Below, piece after piece: positions 48,239-62,680 of a DNA stretch of 64,000 bases. Position 1 is the first letter of the stretch. Every line of letters starts with the position of its first letter. Both the position numbers and the translations under genes were made by a program. Under the pieces are notes generated by a model. That model made no database searches and had not been told where the DNA came from. It worked only from the letters and a program-made list of their open reading frames with translations. The DNA is from the human T2T-CHM13v2.0 reference genome, Homo sapiens. The DNA lies in NCBI RefSeq assembly GCF_009914755.1, contig NC_060947.1; one strand, given 5' to 3'.

Positions 48239-50997
48239 GAGGCTTCAGCATCTTCAGAGGAATCTGTTTAAGAAGGCTGAGAAGGGTGTGTTCAGGAAGA
48301 GTTCCACTTGAAATGCTGAAAATTGAAGAAAAGATTAAATACTGAAAAGTGGGAAACATTCCAGCTCCCAGGAAACTTACCCATTAAGAGAACTCATTTC
48401 TTGAGGATTTTGGATAGCAAAGTCTCCCTGTATTCCAATTTCCAGCCTGTATTACCTCTTGGAATAAAGAGTTACATAAGTTTACTGCCTGTTGCGAAAT
48501 AGCCCAATGAAATCTTTTTTCCCATAATTCTGAGTTAATGAAAATGGTAGATTTAGGAAACAAATGTTATTGGCTTGCACAGAAGTTTTATATTTTGTGT
48601 CTGTAGCTTCCAGACTACCTAATGCACATGGGGTGTGGGGTCATGAGGGAAGGGGAAGAGCTAGTGAAGGAGAAGGTTCTCTTTGTCCTATTAAATATTT
48701 ATTTCACTCTCGTAAGATGCCAGAGGGAGCTGGTAGAAATTTGGCAAGCAGGTGTCCCCTCCAGGTAGAGGGATGGCAAAGGGTGCTTTCCCTGGGTGGA
48801 TTAATTAGGAGAAGCCACTCTTTTTGGTGGAATCTTTAGACAGGCACATCCTCTGGGAACAGCAATTAGAAAAAGTCCCCTTTTCTGGTAATAAGTATTA
48901 AAATATGGAGTATCCTCTGGGTGGACCAATTTTAAAAAGTCACCCTTTCTGGGCATAGTAACTAGATAAAGGTACTTCTTCCTCCATGTGCAGTCAGACA
49001 AGGCATTGGGCTTGGCTGAATTGTGTCTCCAACTTGAGACCCCTTTGCAGGGTACCCTTGTAGGAATACAACTTGCCCAACAGTATAAGTGGTCCTGTAG
49101 TGCCAGGTGCCACCAGGCACCAGGTATACAGAAATATGTCAGTGATATACCCTGTTCTTGGATAATTTATAGGACAGCCCCTCTAAATCCCCACTGGCTT
49201 TAACTCGCCCCATCTGCTGCCAGCTCCACCCCTCCTGCGTCCCTGCTGGCAGAGCTACTCTCTATGGTGATGAAACATCCACCCTCCAGATGCCCAGGCT
49301 GCAGGCTGTTGTTTGACGTGGCTGTGCTGCTCCTGTCTGGGGATCCAGGCTAAATGTCTGCTTTCCACAATGAACAGCCAGAGTTACTGGTTAATTGTGG
49401 TGGCTCATTGCTTCTGGGTTCTAGATGGGAAAACATGGAAATCATTTAACACTTCACTATGGCTTTAAAACTTTTCTGTGTTCTGTTTAAATGGGCTTTG
49501 AAATGGTGAGTTTTGGTGTAGCTGAGATATTTCTGCCCTTTAATTTTCCTGTTCTTTAATAAAGGAAAGCAGTTTATCTTTAATCTGGTGATTTAGAGCT
49601 GACTCTGAGGGGTAATTCCTACCCCACTCATTGTACTATAACTTTGCCAGGCTTTTTGCCAGGTATTGGTGATACCAAAGTGAAAAGACTTACCTTTTGC
49701 TCTTCAGTCTTAGCATTTAGTTGGGGAGACAGTATGGAAGAAGACAACTTTGCTGCAGACCTCGCTACAGACCCTTTCACATAGGGTCCAATGTGAAAAG
49801 CACAGAGTACTGAGGCAGGGAAGGTTTTCGTAGCATTTTCCTCTCGTGTCTTCCGGAAAACTCTTATTCATTCCTCCAGATTTCTATTCAGGCATTCCTT
49901 CCTGTTTACGGCCCTCTCTGACTCCCTTCACTATGTTCCTGCTATACTTTTTTCACTATGTTCCTCCAGGTAGCCTACCCTATGGGTAGGAGGCAGAGAC
50001 TGCCAGTATGTATTGACCATTTTTGAATTCATGTTTATTTCCTTCTTTTACCACCTCTTGAAAAGTAATATGACCCTCTTCTTTAGAACTTGAAAGAACA
50101 CCCTGGCCATCCCTTGGCCTAAGATAAACTGGAAGCTAGAAGTTAGAGGTCTCTTCCTAGGAGAATTAAAGCCCATCTTAAAGGTTGTGAGGATTTGGAA
50201 ACAGAGTAGAACTATTGAGGCCTTCTGATCCCAATACATTTAGATGAATATAAAGAGTTCCTTCTAGCTCAAGGGAAATCAGAGTTACATTAGGTGGTTG
50301 TAGGCTAGTGACGGGCCTTTGAGAGTAGAAAGAGCCCTGATTATGAACTTGGCTTACTTTGCTAATTTTGCCCAATGTAAGCCCAATTCCAGTATTTGCT
50401 AATGGAGGTAATTTTTGGTGTTGAGCCTCTGTTTTCTGTTTGTCAGGAGGATCAAATGAAAGCCTGTATGGGAAAAGGCTTTGTAAACAAAAAATCACCC
50501 CCCCTCCCCAAATGTTATGTATTATCATCTTTTAGGGCAAGGATAGTGGCTGACTCATTCCTTTTTCTTCAAAATCTAGTTTGGAAGTAGGCACACTGTG
50601 AATGTTTGTTGAATGATTAACTGGCCTAGTAAGAGATGAGTTTTTGTGTTTCTTTAAAGCTCTGCATGTTATCTAATAAATCCGCTATATTAGTTAATGC
50701 CTACCCTTAGCTTTTTTGGTAATTTTTGCCATTACCAATACTGTGAACCTCGTAACACCCAAGAGGTGGTTATTGACTCCTAGATATTTTGCCTGCAATA
50801 GGATATACCAGTGCCAAATTGACAGTGGTGTCTGGGCTGATGCCTCTTGTCTTAAGAGCTTAGGTTTCCCACCAGACTCCTCAAGGGTTGTATTTTATTC
50901 CTGTCTGTTTTCCCCCACTGCCCTGGTATGCAGTAAGTGCTCAATACATATTTTCTGAGTGACTAACAGAGAGAGGGAGTGGCATGTTTTTGCACTT

Positions 50998-51099
50998 TTT
51001 TTTTTTTTTTTAAGACGGAGTCTCGCTCTGTGACCCAGGCTGGAGTGCTGGAGTGCAGTGGCGCGATCTCAGCTCACTGCAAGCTCCGCCTCCTGGGTT
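50998..51099 (-). mobile_element. 5'-truncated AluY (~100 bp)
   Basis: AluY diagnostic tgcaagctccgcctcc; perfect 14-bp TSD atgtttttgcactt at 50984-50997 and 51100-51113. Confidence 0.88.
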
Positions 51100-52004
51100 A
51101 TGTTTTTGCACTTCTATTTGGCCAGCCAAATAAACTCCAGATAGCAGAAAGTGACAGATGTCACAGCTAGATCACCCTCATCTTACTTTTATACTTGAGA
51201 TGACACTCCTTTTCTAATTTAAAAAACCTTTGGACAAAAACCCATGTTTTTATTGTTATCTTTAAGAGCTTTCTGTGTGCCTGACAATATATACATCATT
51301 AACTCATTTTATCCTCACAATGATTGCATGAAATAGTTACCATTATTATCTCAATTTTCTTGATAAGGAAACAGGCTCAGAGAAGAGTAAACAATTTAGA
51401 GTTATGGAGTAAGTTGAGCATCCACAATTTGAATGCCCATCCATGTTCTCCATCACAATCAATGGGGAATAGATTTTACTGAAAGCAAGGATCAGAAAAG
51501 AAATGTGTTTTTACCACTATCAGGGAGGAGATTTTGTTCAATGCACTGAGTTGGGATAGGATCTGATGGAGGGCTTTCTAGTGGATTGCAAGAGATTCAG
51601 CAGGAACATATCCAATGAGATTAAAAAAAGAGTTAAAATGTCTGGGGGGGCACAGGGAGAAAAAACAGGAAATTGAGTTTTCTCTGTGAAATTAACTAGC
51701 ATTTTTGCCTTTCTTTCTAATTTATGAAGCTCTTTTACATTTGTTATCTCATGTGATTCCCATGACAACCCTGTGAGTTATTACTTCTATTTGAGAAATG
51801 AAAAAAATAGACTCAGAGATATTAAAACTGACCTGCCCACAGTGGCAAGTGGGAAGTGAAAACCAAGAAACCATTTGCACTGTTTTAGGTGGTGGAGATA
51901 CAGGAGTGAACAAGAGAGGCCAAAATATTTGTCCTCGTGGAACTTACTAGGTAGATAAACTATGACTTATTTCTTTTCAATTACCCTCTGTCAAGTAATA
52001 GATA

Positions 52005-52330
52005 CTGGTTTTGGTTTTCAACCTTAACTGTATTTTAGAATCACCGGGCACACTTTGAACAAAACATTGATGTGTGTGTGTGCACACACACTCAAATTTT
52101 AAACCTGCTCTCGGGGGTTTTAGTGTGCAATCAAGCTCAAGAACCGTTGGTTTAGAGCAGTGGTTTTCAACCTTGGCTGTTCATTAAAATCACCTTGAGA
52201 ATATATATATATATACATACACCAATGTCTGGGCTTTACCTCTGAGGCTAATTAAATTAAAATCTCTGTGGTTGTGTCCAGACATGTGTACTTTTAAAAT
52301 GTGCCTCCTCAAATGGTGCTACTAAGTTCA
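52005..52330. mobile_element. Two adjacent MER5-like hAT MITEs
   Basis: tggttttcaaaccttaactgtattttagaatcacc; cagtggttttcaaccttggctgttcattaaaatcacc. Confidence 0.65.
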
Positions 52331-53115
52331 GGGTGTGGGGTTTACATGAAGCACTTGAGATAAAGAATAGCTTGGTCCCATTTCACAGACTGTGCCCCTC
52401 ACCTCTTGAGCATATGAATCATCGGTCCTTCATTCTTGCAACAAAATGTTTATTGAGTACCTGCTGTATCTCTGGTGAGTTCCTTCTCTTTCCTGGGTCC
52501 TGATTCCTCCCTTTGTAAAATGAGAGACTGGGGTGTCTCTGAGACTTATTGCAGCTCGGTCTATAATTCTATAAAGGAGAGTGGGCTGGGAATGTTAATG
52601 GCTCAGAGGACCCACTCTTGGAGACCCAGGTTAAATTATTTGTCCTCTTGACAGTACTGTATGCTTCATTTGAGAGACAGAAATTCATGAAATTCCAAAA
52701 ATACGCGAGCAAGCCTTCTCTCACTAAGCAGTTTGTCCACAAGGAGCAGATGGAATCTTCTTCCTTCGTCTCATTCACCATCTTGCTGACCATCGGGTTG
52801 GCAGCACAAATGTGCATATGAGGGCCGGATCAGAGGGAGGGACTCAATGGGGTCAGGCTGTGAAAGTCAGCCAGAGGGAACAAGAACCAAAAATGTGCCT
52901 TGAAGATCAAAAGCACCTGGAAGCAGCAGAAAGCGAGCTAGAGGAAAGCAGCCTACCACTTGGCCTAATTTTCTTTTGCACCTAGAGTTGGTTTAACACT
53001 GACAGAAGACGGATAATAAGGATAGCTGTTGAGAGGTAGCAGAGTTAGCATAGCAGTGAAGTGCTTGGGCCTTGGGGCCACCCTCTCTGGGTTTGAATCC
53101 TCACTCTATTACTTG

Positions 53116-53432
53116 TTTTCTTTCTTTTTTTTTTTTCTTTTCTTTTTTTGAGACGGAGTCTTGCTCTGTGACCCAGACAGGAGGGCAGCAGCGCAATCTC
53201 AGCTCACTGCAACCTCCGCCTGCTAGGTTCAAGCGATTCTCCTGCCTCAGCCTCCTGAGTAGCTAGATTACAGGCGCCTGCCACCAAGCCTGGCTAATTT
53301 TTTTACTTTTTTTAGTAGAGACAGGGTTTCACCATGTTGGCCAGGCTGGTCTTGAACTCCTGATCTCAGGTGATCCACCCGCCTCTGCCTCCCAAACTGC
53401 TGGGATTACAGGCCTGAGCCATCGCACCCGGC
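53116..53432 (-). mobile_element. Alu (AluSx-like) inserted in a MIR (~53030-53580)
   Basis: Antisense dimeric Alu; TSD cta(t/c)tacttg(t/c)ttt; MIR sequence on both sides. Confidence 0.92.
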
Positions 53433-54719
53433 CCTACTACTTGCTTTCTTTATGACCCTGGACAAGTAGCCTGACATCTCTTTCCATTAGTTTCTCTATC
53501 TGTAAGTTAGGGATCATTATAATAATAGTACCTACTTTATAGACATGTTATGAAGATTATAAGCCTGGCAGGCATTAAATATTTGTCACACAAAATTTAT
53601 AAGTAATACTTCTAAGTGTTGAGCACTTTACTTGTATTTGCTTCTTAATCTTTGCTTTATTTGAAACAGGTACTATTTTCCCAATTTTGTAGATGAAGAA
53701 ATCCAGGCATGGAGATGTTGTCACTGTGTCATTAACTAAGTTAGTAGTTATTGCAAAAAATGAGCTAACTAGTAAGCCACAGAGCCAGGATTTGACCCTG
53801 GGAGAATTGATTCTTTAGTGCCCACTCAACTGCAGGATTGTATAGGACTGCACACAGCCATTATCTTAGGCTTGATACCTGAAGATAAAGGAACTGAATT
53901 GGGCCCTGGAAATCCTGAAAAGGGGGAAATATGGGTCTCACCCAGAGGAGTTGACTCTGTGGGTAGGGACAGCAGACATATGCGTAAGAAGACTGCAATA
54001 AAAGATGCTTTGTGCCTAATGTCATGGGAGTTCAAAGTGGCCAGTGACAGGTTTGTTGTGATGCTTGGCTTTGGACTGGATCCTTGATGGACATACAGAG
54101 TGTGCCCTGGGCAAGGGGAGTTGCATGAGCAAAGGCAAGGAGGTAAGGCTGTGGATGGCATTTTTGGAGTTGGGGAAAGCACTGTTTCCCCTCTACCATA
54201 TGGTATAGAAGCCTGGGTGGCCCCTCAAACTTGGTGCCAAGGTCGAGGGGCACCTGGTACTACTGGGCCTCTTTTTGGGACCCCAGGGAAGCAGATGGTA
54301 CAGAAGCATAAACTTGGGCTGTCATAGGTGGTTTGGACATCCAGTCCAAACCCTTCATAGCATAGATAGGGAAACTAAGGCCCGGAGAAATGAAAGACTT
54401 AGCCCCAGCAAGCCAGCAGCAAACTATGGAAGGTTTTGTCAGGCCAATATTTCTGCCATGCAGTGATGCATAAGAGAGCCTGGGCCATATCCTGGAGATA
54501 TAATTGAGTAGCACACAAATCTACTGTAGTACCCAGAAGTCTTCTTCGGAACTTGATTCCAAGTTTTCTTCTGCTTAACTCCCCATACTGTCATAGATGG
54601 AGTCTTAAACATGAGGTTTGGCAGACCTACCGTGGAGGCAGTTTTACAGGGCAAGCTGAGAGGAAGACAGGGCAGGGACCCAACATGATGTGAATTATCC
54701 CCTAAGACTTTGAAGTTCT

Positions 54720-55116
54720 CAGGTGTTTTCATAATTGTTTTTTAAGCATGAGATAAAATACCTAGGCTTACAAAGGAAAACAATGGTACTGAAAGACAGT
54801 TATCAAAATACTTTTTAAATTGTGATATATAGTAGTATATGTGCTTCTTAGCATATTTCAAATTACAAGATCTAGCGCTGGGTCTTATAATTACCAAAAT
54901 ATTGAATGAGTGAAATTTCAAGATACCTTCAACAACTGTCATATGATCTGTGATTTCTATTACTGACAAAGGCACAGGTATTGCTAACACTTCTGTGGTT
55001 TGTTGCCTACATTCATCATTTCAATTAGAGTTTAGTGAAAATAAACAGTTAATTATTTTCACATACAAGTTCACGGGCCTCCTGAACTCTCTTCATGTAA
55101 CACCTGGTTAAGAACT
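54720..55116. mobile_element. hAT-Charlie DNA transposon fragment
   Basis: ctgtggtttgttgcctacattcat...caagttcacgg...cctggttaagaac terminus. Confidence 0.55.
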
Positions 55117-55279
55117 TAATTTAACTCATTAAGAATCCCTGTCCTAAGGCAAAGCCGAAGCTGGAGAACTGACCCAGCATGGGATCTTAATCCTGCTCTA
55201 AGAAATTGACTTGAAGGAGGCGCTTGAGTGCCCTGAAACTCTACTCAAGATTGTAGTGTGCATGGATGGTTTTCATTAG

Positions 55280-55629
<350 letters not shown>

Positions 55630-55947
55630 TCTGGCTGTCCTTCTTCCAGGAACATGGCAGGATTGCACTTCCTCACCCCCTTGCAATTAGGGGTGGCCAT
55701 GTGGCTTGAACCTCATCATATTCAGAATTGATTCCACATTCTATCTGCCCTGCCCACCTCTCTTACCTCACCTCCCACCCGTTTCACCGGGTCTACTTCA
55801 GCTGTGCTGGCCTCATTTCTGTTCCTCACCAAGCTTATTCCTGCCTCAGGATCCTTGCACTAGCTGTTCTTTTTGGCTGGAACACTCATTCCCCAACTCT
55901 TAGTATGACTGGCTCATTCTTAGCCTTTAGAACTCACTGTTCACCTT

Positions 55948-57498
55948 ATTTTTAACAGCTTTATTGAAAATAATTCACATACCATTTAATTCCCCCATTT
56001 AAAGTGTATAATTCAGTGCCTTTTAGCATGTTGGTGGAGTTGTGCAACCATCACCACAATCAATTTTAGAACATTTTCATTACCCTAAAAGGAAATTCCA
56101 TTCCCCTTACTGGTCCAATTCCCCATCTTCCCACCAGTCCCTGGTAACCACTAATTTACTTTGTGTCTCTATGGATTTGCCCATTTTGGAAATTTCGTAT
56201 TAATGGAGTCATATAATATGTAGTCTTTTGTGTCTGGCTTCTTTCACTTAGCATGTTGTTTTCAAGGTTCATCCGTGCTACAGCATGTATCAATACTTCA
56301 TTATTTTTTATGGCTGAGTAATATTCCATTGTATGGATGGACCATAGTTTGTTTATCCACTCACACATTGAAGAGTATGTTTCTATGGCTTGTTCCTATC
56401 CTTTGGCTATTATGAATAATGCTCCTATGAACATGTGTGTTCAAGTTTTTGTGTAAACATATGCTTTCATTTTTCTTGGGTATGTACCTAAGGAATGGAA
56501 TTGCTGGGTCATATAGTAACTCTACATCTAACTTTTGAGGAACTGCCAGACTGTTTTCTACAGAGGCTGCACCATTTGATATTCCCATCAGCAATGTACA
56601 AGGGTTCCAATTTCTCTGCATCCTCACCAATACTTGTTATTTTCTGAATTTTTTATTATAGCCATCCTAGGGAGTGTGGAGTGGTATCTCATTGTGGACT
56701 AAACATCTTTTCATGTGCCTAGTGGCCATTTGTATGTCTTTTTAGATAAATGTCTATTCGAGTCTTTTGCCCGTTTTTGAATTGGGTTGTTTATTATTTT
56801 GTTGTGGAATTATAGTTCTTTATGTATTCCGTATATTAATCCCTGGTCAGGTATATGACTTGTAAATATTTTCTCTCATTCTGTGAGTTGCCTTTTCACT
56901 TTCTTAACAGTGTCCTTTGATGCACAGAAGTTTTTTAAATTTGATGATGTCCAAGTTACCTATTTTTTCTTTGGTTGCTTGTCCTTTTGCCATCATACGT
57001 AAGAGACCATTGTCTAATCTAAGAACGTGCAAATTTACATGTTTACTTTTAGGAGTTTTATAGTTTTAGCTCTTATATTTTGGTTTGTGATCCATTTTGA
57101 GTTAATTTTTGTATACGGTGTGAAGTAGTGGTCCAACTTCATTCTTTGCATGTTCTTGGATATCCACTTGTTTTAGCGCCTTTTGTTAAAGAGACTATTC
57201 CTTCCTCCATTGAATGGCATTGGTATCCTTGTGAAAAATCAATTGACTGTAGGTGAATGGGTTTATTTCTGGACTGTCAATTCTATTACTTTGATCTATA
57301 TGTGTATCCTTATGCCAGTAGCACATAGTTTTGAAAACTTTGATTGCTTTAATTACTTTTGATTACTTTGTAGTAAGTTTTGAAATTGGGACGTGTTAGT
57401 CCTCCAACTTAGTTTTTTATTTTCAAGATTGTTTTGGCTATTCTGGGACCTTTGAATTTCCACATGATTTGTAGGATCAGTTTCTTCATTTCTGCAGC
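55948..57498 (-). mobile_element. L1MB 3' fragment
   Basis: ttttaacagctttattga...cccatttaaagtgtataattca 3' end; ORF2 remnants ([13 protein letters not shown]; YDPAIPFL). Confidence 0.85.
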
Positions 57499-57544
57499 AC
57501 TGCCTTATTTTTGCCCAGCTGTTTACTGTTTATCAAGGATATCC

Positions 57545-58330
57545 ACATTCATTTTTTCTTTCGACAAATATTGATTGAGCACCTACCATGTGCCAGACAC
57601 TGTGCCAGGTGCTGTGAACAATTAGCCATGGCCCTTGCCTTCAGGGAGCTAAGCATTTAGTGGGAGAAGCAGACATTAGTCAAATAATCACCAAAATAAA
57701 TTTTAAATGAATGATAGAAATGATTGACTTAGTCGTGGGGGACCAAGAAAATCCTTCCTGGAGAAATCAATAATTAGGAAGGTGCCTGAGTTGGAGGAGA
57801 TGTATGGGAAGAGTATTCCAGGCAGCAAGAACATCGTTCTCAAAGGCGAGAAAGGAGGATGCTTTTAAGGAACTGCAAGGAGACGAATTTGATGACCTAC
57901 AAGCACAAGAGAAAGAGCAGCATGAGATGAGGGCGAGCTGCCTGAGGGGGACCAATTCTACAGGGTCTGTGGGCCACCGAAGCAAAGAAGTAACATGATC
58001 TGATTTTGATTTCAAAATGCTCACTCTGGCTGCTGTGCTGAGAATGGACTGGAGAGGGGTGTGCAAGATCAGTGCCAGTTAAGAGGATATTACCGTAGTC
58101 CGAGAGAGAGATGAGGGAGGGCTAGATGAAGGTGGCGATGGCAACCCTGCAGAGGAGGTGGACAGATTCACAGATGCAAGAGAAATGGAGGAGGTTTCAG
58201 AGTCAGTCCTTGGTTCTTGAGGCCTATGTGATGGTGTTGGCAGGGGTGGTCTTCACCAAAATAAAGAGTACATGAGTGTAGGTGGCTTTGGAGGAATCAT
58301 TGTTACTGAGTTTGAGATGCCTTCCAGATA
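57545..58330 (-). mobile_element. L2 fragment
   Basis: aaatattgattgagcacctaccatgtgccagacactgtgccaggtgctg; aaaatgctcactctggctgctgtgctgagaatggactggag. Confidence 0.8.
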
Positions 58331-58344
58331 TTATTAAGTTATCT

Positions 58345-58510
58345 GATCCTCACTCCAAATCATCCCTATGAGAAAGGTGTAAGACTCTTCTCTTCATTTT
58401 GCAGATGAGGAAACTGAGTACCAGAGAGGTTATCATGGTTTGCCCAGTGCTGGCCTGCCAATAAGTGGCAAAGCCAGACCAGAATCCTGTTATTCTAAGA
58501 ACAACCCTTG
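58345..58510 (-). mobile_element. MIR
   Basis: cattttgcagatgaggaaactgag core. Confidence 0.8.
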
Positions 58511-59129
58511 TGCTTTTTCTTTTCCATGACACCAGAGCTGACTCCCTAGAAAGGCCCATCCCAAATAGTTTCCAATAATAAGTGAAGATCACTACTAGGA
58601 CTTCTCCCACAGACACCAAGTGTTTCCCAGCCCTCCACACCTATGCTCCCAGGGAAGCATTGGCCTCCTTTTTACAGAATTCATCTCTACAGCATTGCTA
58701 CCAAGCCCCTCCAGGAGTGTTTAGATCTTCCAAGTATCTGATTTGTAAACCTGGATTTGTTGTTTGTGCACAGAGAGCTACACTGCCTCTTTTCCCAGTG
58801 AGAGTCGCCCTGTCCAAAAGCCTTCCTTTTTCTCTACTGTTAGAGACAAGGGTCACCTGTCAGTAGTCAATGTATGGAAAGCTGAAATGCTGAGACATTG
58901 AGCCAGAAGATGGATGACAGAAAGACTAATAATAGATGACATGTCAAGGTGCACTTAACTTTTTTTTTTTTTTATGTTCAAGTAGAGGACTGTGAGGAGA
59001 AGGAATTGAACAGGTGGCAGGAAATGGGGTGAAATGAAAAACTAGGAGAAAGTAAAACAAATACATAAATTCGAGGAGTAGGAAAAAGAGAAAATAAAGT
59101 AGTGAAAGACATAGGTTGGGGAGGAGATA

Positions 59130-59320
59130 TCCTAGTTTCAAATCAGGCTCTGACATTTATTAGCTGTATGATCTTAGGCAAGTTGCTCAGTGTCTCTAAG
59201 TGGACATAAAATTGCACTAACTTTATGGGGTTTGTGTGAGGATTATAGGGAGAGCATGTAATATCCTTGCCACAGTGCCTGGCACAAGATAAGCACTCGA
59301 TAACTGTCAGCTGTTACTAT
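59130..59320 (+). mobile_element. MIR
   Basis: ttcaaatcaggctctgacatttattagctgtatgatcttaggcaagtt. Confidence 0.75.
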
Positions 59321-60129
59321 GACGTGGAAGCCCTTCCTCATTTCTGCTGCCTCTGCTTCCCCCAGCTATCCCCAGGCAGGTTCATTTTGGCCAGCTTGGT
59401 TCACCATTCCAGCCACTGAGCCAAAATCCCAACTGAGGCAGGAAATATTGCGTTGGCTTCAGCAGACCCAGGAGCTGGGGAACTTGTGACAACAGCTGGA
59501 CTCTGCATTGGTTCCTGGGGCTTCTTGCTGCCAATTTGATCTGCGATCAGGCACCTCCAAGAGCGACCCTTGGAGATCCATGCTGCCTCTAGGTTGTTTC
59601 CTCCTCCCTTCCTTTCCTTCCTCTTTCCCTACCACCCCCACCATATTGACTTCTACTAAATTCTGCCTACTCACTCTTCTTTGTATTCCAGTTCTCCTCC
59701 AGGACCAAAGTCCTGTCCTCTATCCTCGTTTTGGTACAGATTTCCTGACTGCTGAGCAGCCTACTTGCTTGACTTCTTTCATCAATACCATGCCGCTTCC
59801 CAGGGTTTACATAACTAGGTTTGTTAATTGCACACTCTGAACATTGTACTTCACTCAGCCAGCTCCCTTTTCCTTGTAGAGCAGTGGTTAAGATAATCCT
59901 TTGGGATCTCACACTTCTTTAGGACTCAGTTGAAGCCATAATGCCTGCTCCCAAAATACACGTGAATTCAATGCACGTGGATAGGCTAAGTTATGCTCCA
60001 GTGGCCACCACTATCAAATTCTCACTCGCTGGAACTGTCCGATGTGGATTGATGGGAGGGATGTGTTCTTCTTAGTCACTCAGTAATCCAGGCTGGTGGA
60101 GCTTCCCTCTTGAACATGTGCTTCCATGG

Positions 60130-60450
60130 CATGAAAAAGAGGTATAGGATCTGACTTAACGTTTTTAAAAGATCCCCCTGACTTCTGTGTAGAGAATGGA
60201 CTGTGAGGCAGCAAGGGTGGAAGCAGGGAGGCCTGGAAGGAGGCCTGGTTCAGAGGACAGCTGACGGTGACTTGAGCCACACAGATGGCAGTGGAGGGGG
60301 AAGAAGTAGATGGATTAGGATCTGTTTTGGAGTAGAGCAGACAAGATTTTCTGCTGGATTGGAGATGGGGAGTAAGGAGAATAAAAGAGTCCAGGATGAC
60401 CTCCAGGTTTTTGGCTTGAACATCTGGTTAGATGGCGTCCATTCTTAACT
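60130..60450 (-). mobile_element. L2 fragment
   Basis: ttttaaaagatccccctgacttctgtgtagagaatggac; gtccaggatgacctccaggtttttggcttga. Confidence 0.75.
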
Positions 60451-62459
60451 AGCATCAAAACCACAGAATCCTTGACTTTGTCAAGACATACCTGAGTGAT
60501 AACTGAAAGGAGCCTCAGCTTGGACTTCTTTTAGGGTGCCCTTCCAGCTGTTTTGTAACAATATAACTGGCAGGACCGTTTTTTTGTTTTTCAGGCAAGC
60601 TGTTCAGTAAAGGACACTCATGCACACCCACATGTTCACAAACACACACTCACACACATCACATGTCACACACTGCTGTGGCAGCCCTTTCTGGACCTCA
60701 CACAGCACCATTCCCGGGAGTCCTTCAGGGTCTCTTACATGGTCCTGTCACTATTTTTGTTTCTTATACAAATCTTTTGCTAATGATTCTCAGTTTAAAA
60801 ACAACAACCATGGCTGTACCCTCAAGGAGCCTCATCCTAGGAAGCAGCCCTCTTCTGTTTTGTCCCTGGGAGGGGGTCAGCAGCAATGAGTGACCTAGGT
60901 GGTCTGAAGGGCCTTTTATCCTATCAGAGTGGTTTCCAGCCTAGGGAAATGTGAAAACCATAGTAGTAGCACACTTATTAAACCAAATGTGCTGCTGCAC
61001 CATCCCAAGTGGCAATCTGTGGCTGTTAAGTGCAATTGCTAACTAAATGTGTAGCCTGTTGCCTAGGCAGCTCATTTGAAGGAGAGGGGGTTGTGGAAAA
61101 CGAAATAAAATGAAAGAGTCTTGGCCACTGACCTGGTTGGTTCCAGGCGGAGTCGGTTCTGAGGTACACTCTGTAGCTTTAGTGTTTCTAGGGCCTCAGG
61201 GTGGGAGTTCACATTAGTGGTGTAAACAGGTACTAATGGGTTCCATTCAGATGCTGGTTGCCAAACTTTCTCTCAGAAAAGGCCAGCTGGGCAGCCCTTC
61301 AGGCTGTGTGCTTGAGAGGGGAAGTGGAACAAAAGGAGGGCCCTGAGGCAGGGAGGGGTGAGCCTTAGTACAGCCAGGACTGGGAAGCTGCCTGTTGGCT
61401 AGGAAAAGCCTAGGGGATTTGTGAAAGGCCAGAGGCTTTTCATAAATAGGAATTAGGGTTCTGTGGAGGGGAGTGAATCTCACTCCTGCCTGGAAAAAGG
61501 AAAAATGTGTGAGGTGCCTATCTTCCTTCCCACCACCATTATCTGTGTCCCTCCTGGAAAGTCTGAAAGCCAGGTGTTGCCTATGAGTGTTTTGCGGAGG
61601 TAAAGGCACACACAGGTAAAGTTACATAAAGCTTCTGTGAGATAGGCATCATAAGCCTATTTGACAGAGGGAAGATGGAGCTGCAGAGAGAGGGAGTGAT
61701 TTGCCCGAGGCCACACAGCTACCAAGTGGCTGTGTTAGGCTTTGAGTCAACCTCTTGACACTTGATTAGGGGATACTGCTTCCTAGGCATGGTGAGAGGC
61801 AGGCTGTGCTCCCGAAGCCTAGAGATGGGAGCAGGAGGCTGGTTCCCCTGCTCTCTCCTGCTCTGGGGCCCACCACCTGTCAGTCAGCCTGGGGGCCTAC
61901 GTGACCTTCAGGGTTCTTTCCAGCCCTTGGAGCCAAAAGCTCTCTGAATCTCTAGGCATGTTTCCCATCCAGAAATTTAGGCAGTGGGTCAGTGGATGGC
62001 CTCTGAGGGGCCTGCCAGCTCTGATGTTCTGAAGACCTGGAAAGAGCAAAGAGCCCAATAGTTTTTAATGTGTGATCCATTGAGCCCTAGGGAATCCCAC
62101 AGAGGTGTTTCAGGGGCTGCCATGAGCAGTTCTGATTCTGTCTTTTATATATTAGAGATCTACAGATGATTTTTGTTTGCAAGGGAGTGCCACTTCTAAA
62201 TACAAACAAAGAGAAACAAAACAGAAACTTTAAAGCCCCTGAACTAGATAGTGAATGAGAGACAAGTTTGAACGAAGGTGTCTGCTGTGGTGAGAGTGAT
62301 GATGGTGGTGTGTGTGTGTAGTGGGGAGAGTTTGAACTGGAAGGAAAAAGAGGAAAATGAAAACAAGAGGAAAGAATGAGGTTACAGTTTGGGTCAGTGG
62401 TATGGGTCAGTTGCCATTTTGAAAAGAGGAGAAAGTAGAAAAGGGAAAGGGAAGCAACA

Positions 62460-62680
62460 GCTACTGAGTGCCTACTTGTGTGCCAGTTTCTCTGCTTGCA
62501 TCCTCACTCATAGGATGCAGACAGCAACCCCTTGAGTTCTAAGTATTATTGTTCCTATTTTAAAGATGAAGAAATTCAGACCCAGAGAGTGAAAATAACT
62601 TTTATAAGATCACATAGCAAGTAAATTGTGTTGCTAGGATTCAAACCGAGCTCTTTTTGACCTCAAACTCTACACCCTGT
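62460..62680 (-). mobile_element. MIR
   Basis: tactgagtgcctacttgtgtgcca...cctattttaaagatgaagaaattcagacccagagag. Confidence 0.7.

Noticed and set aside
49927-49965. 14-bp direct repeat ttcactatgttcct
   Set aside because: Small local duplication with no supporting structure
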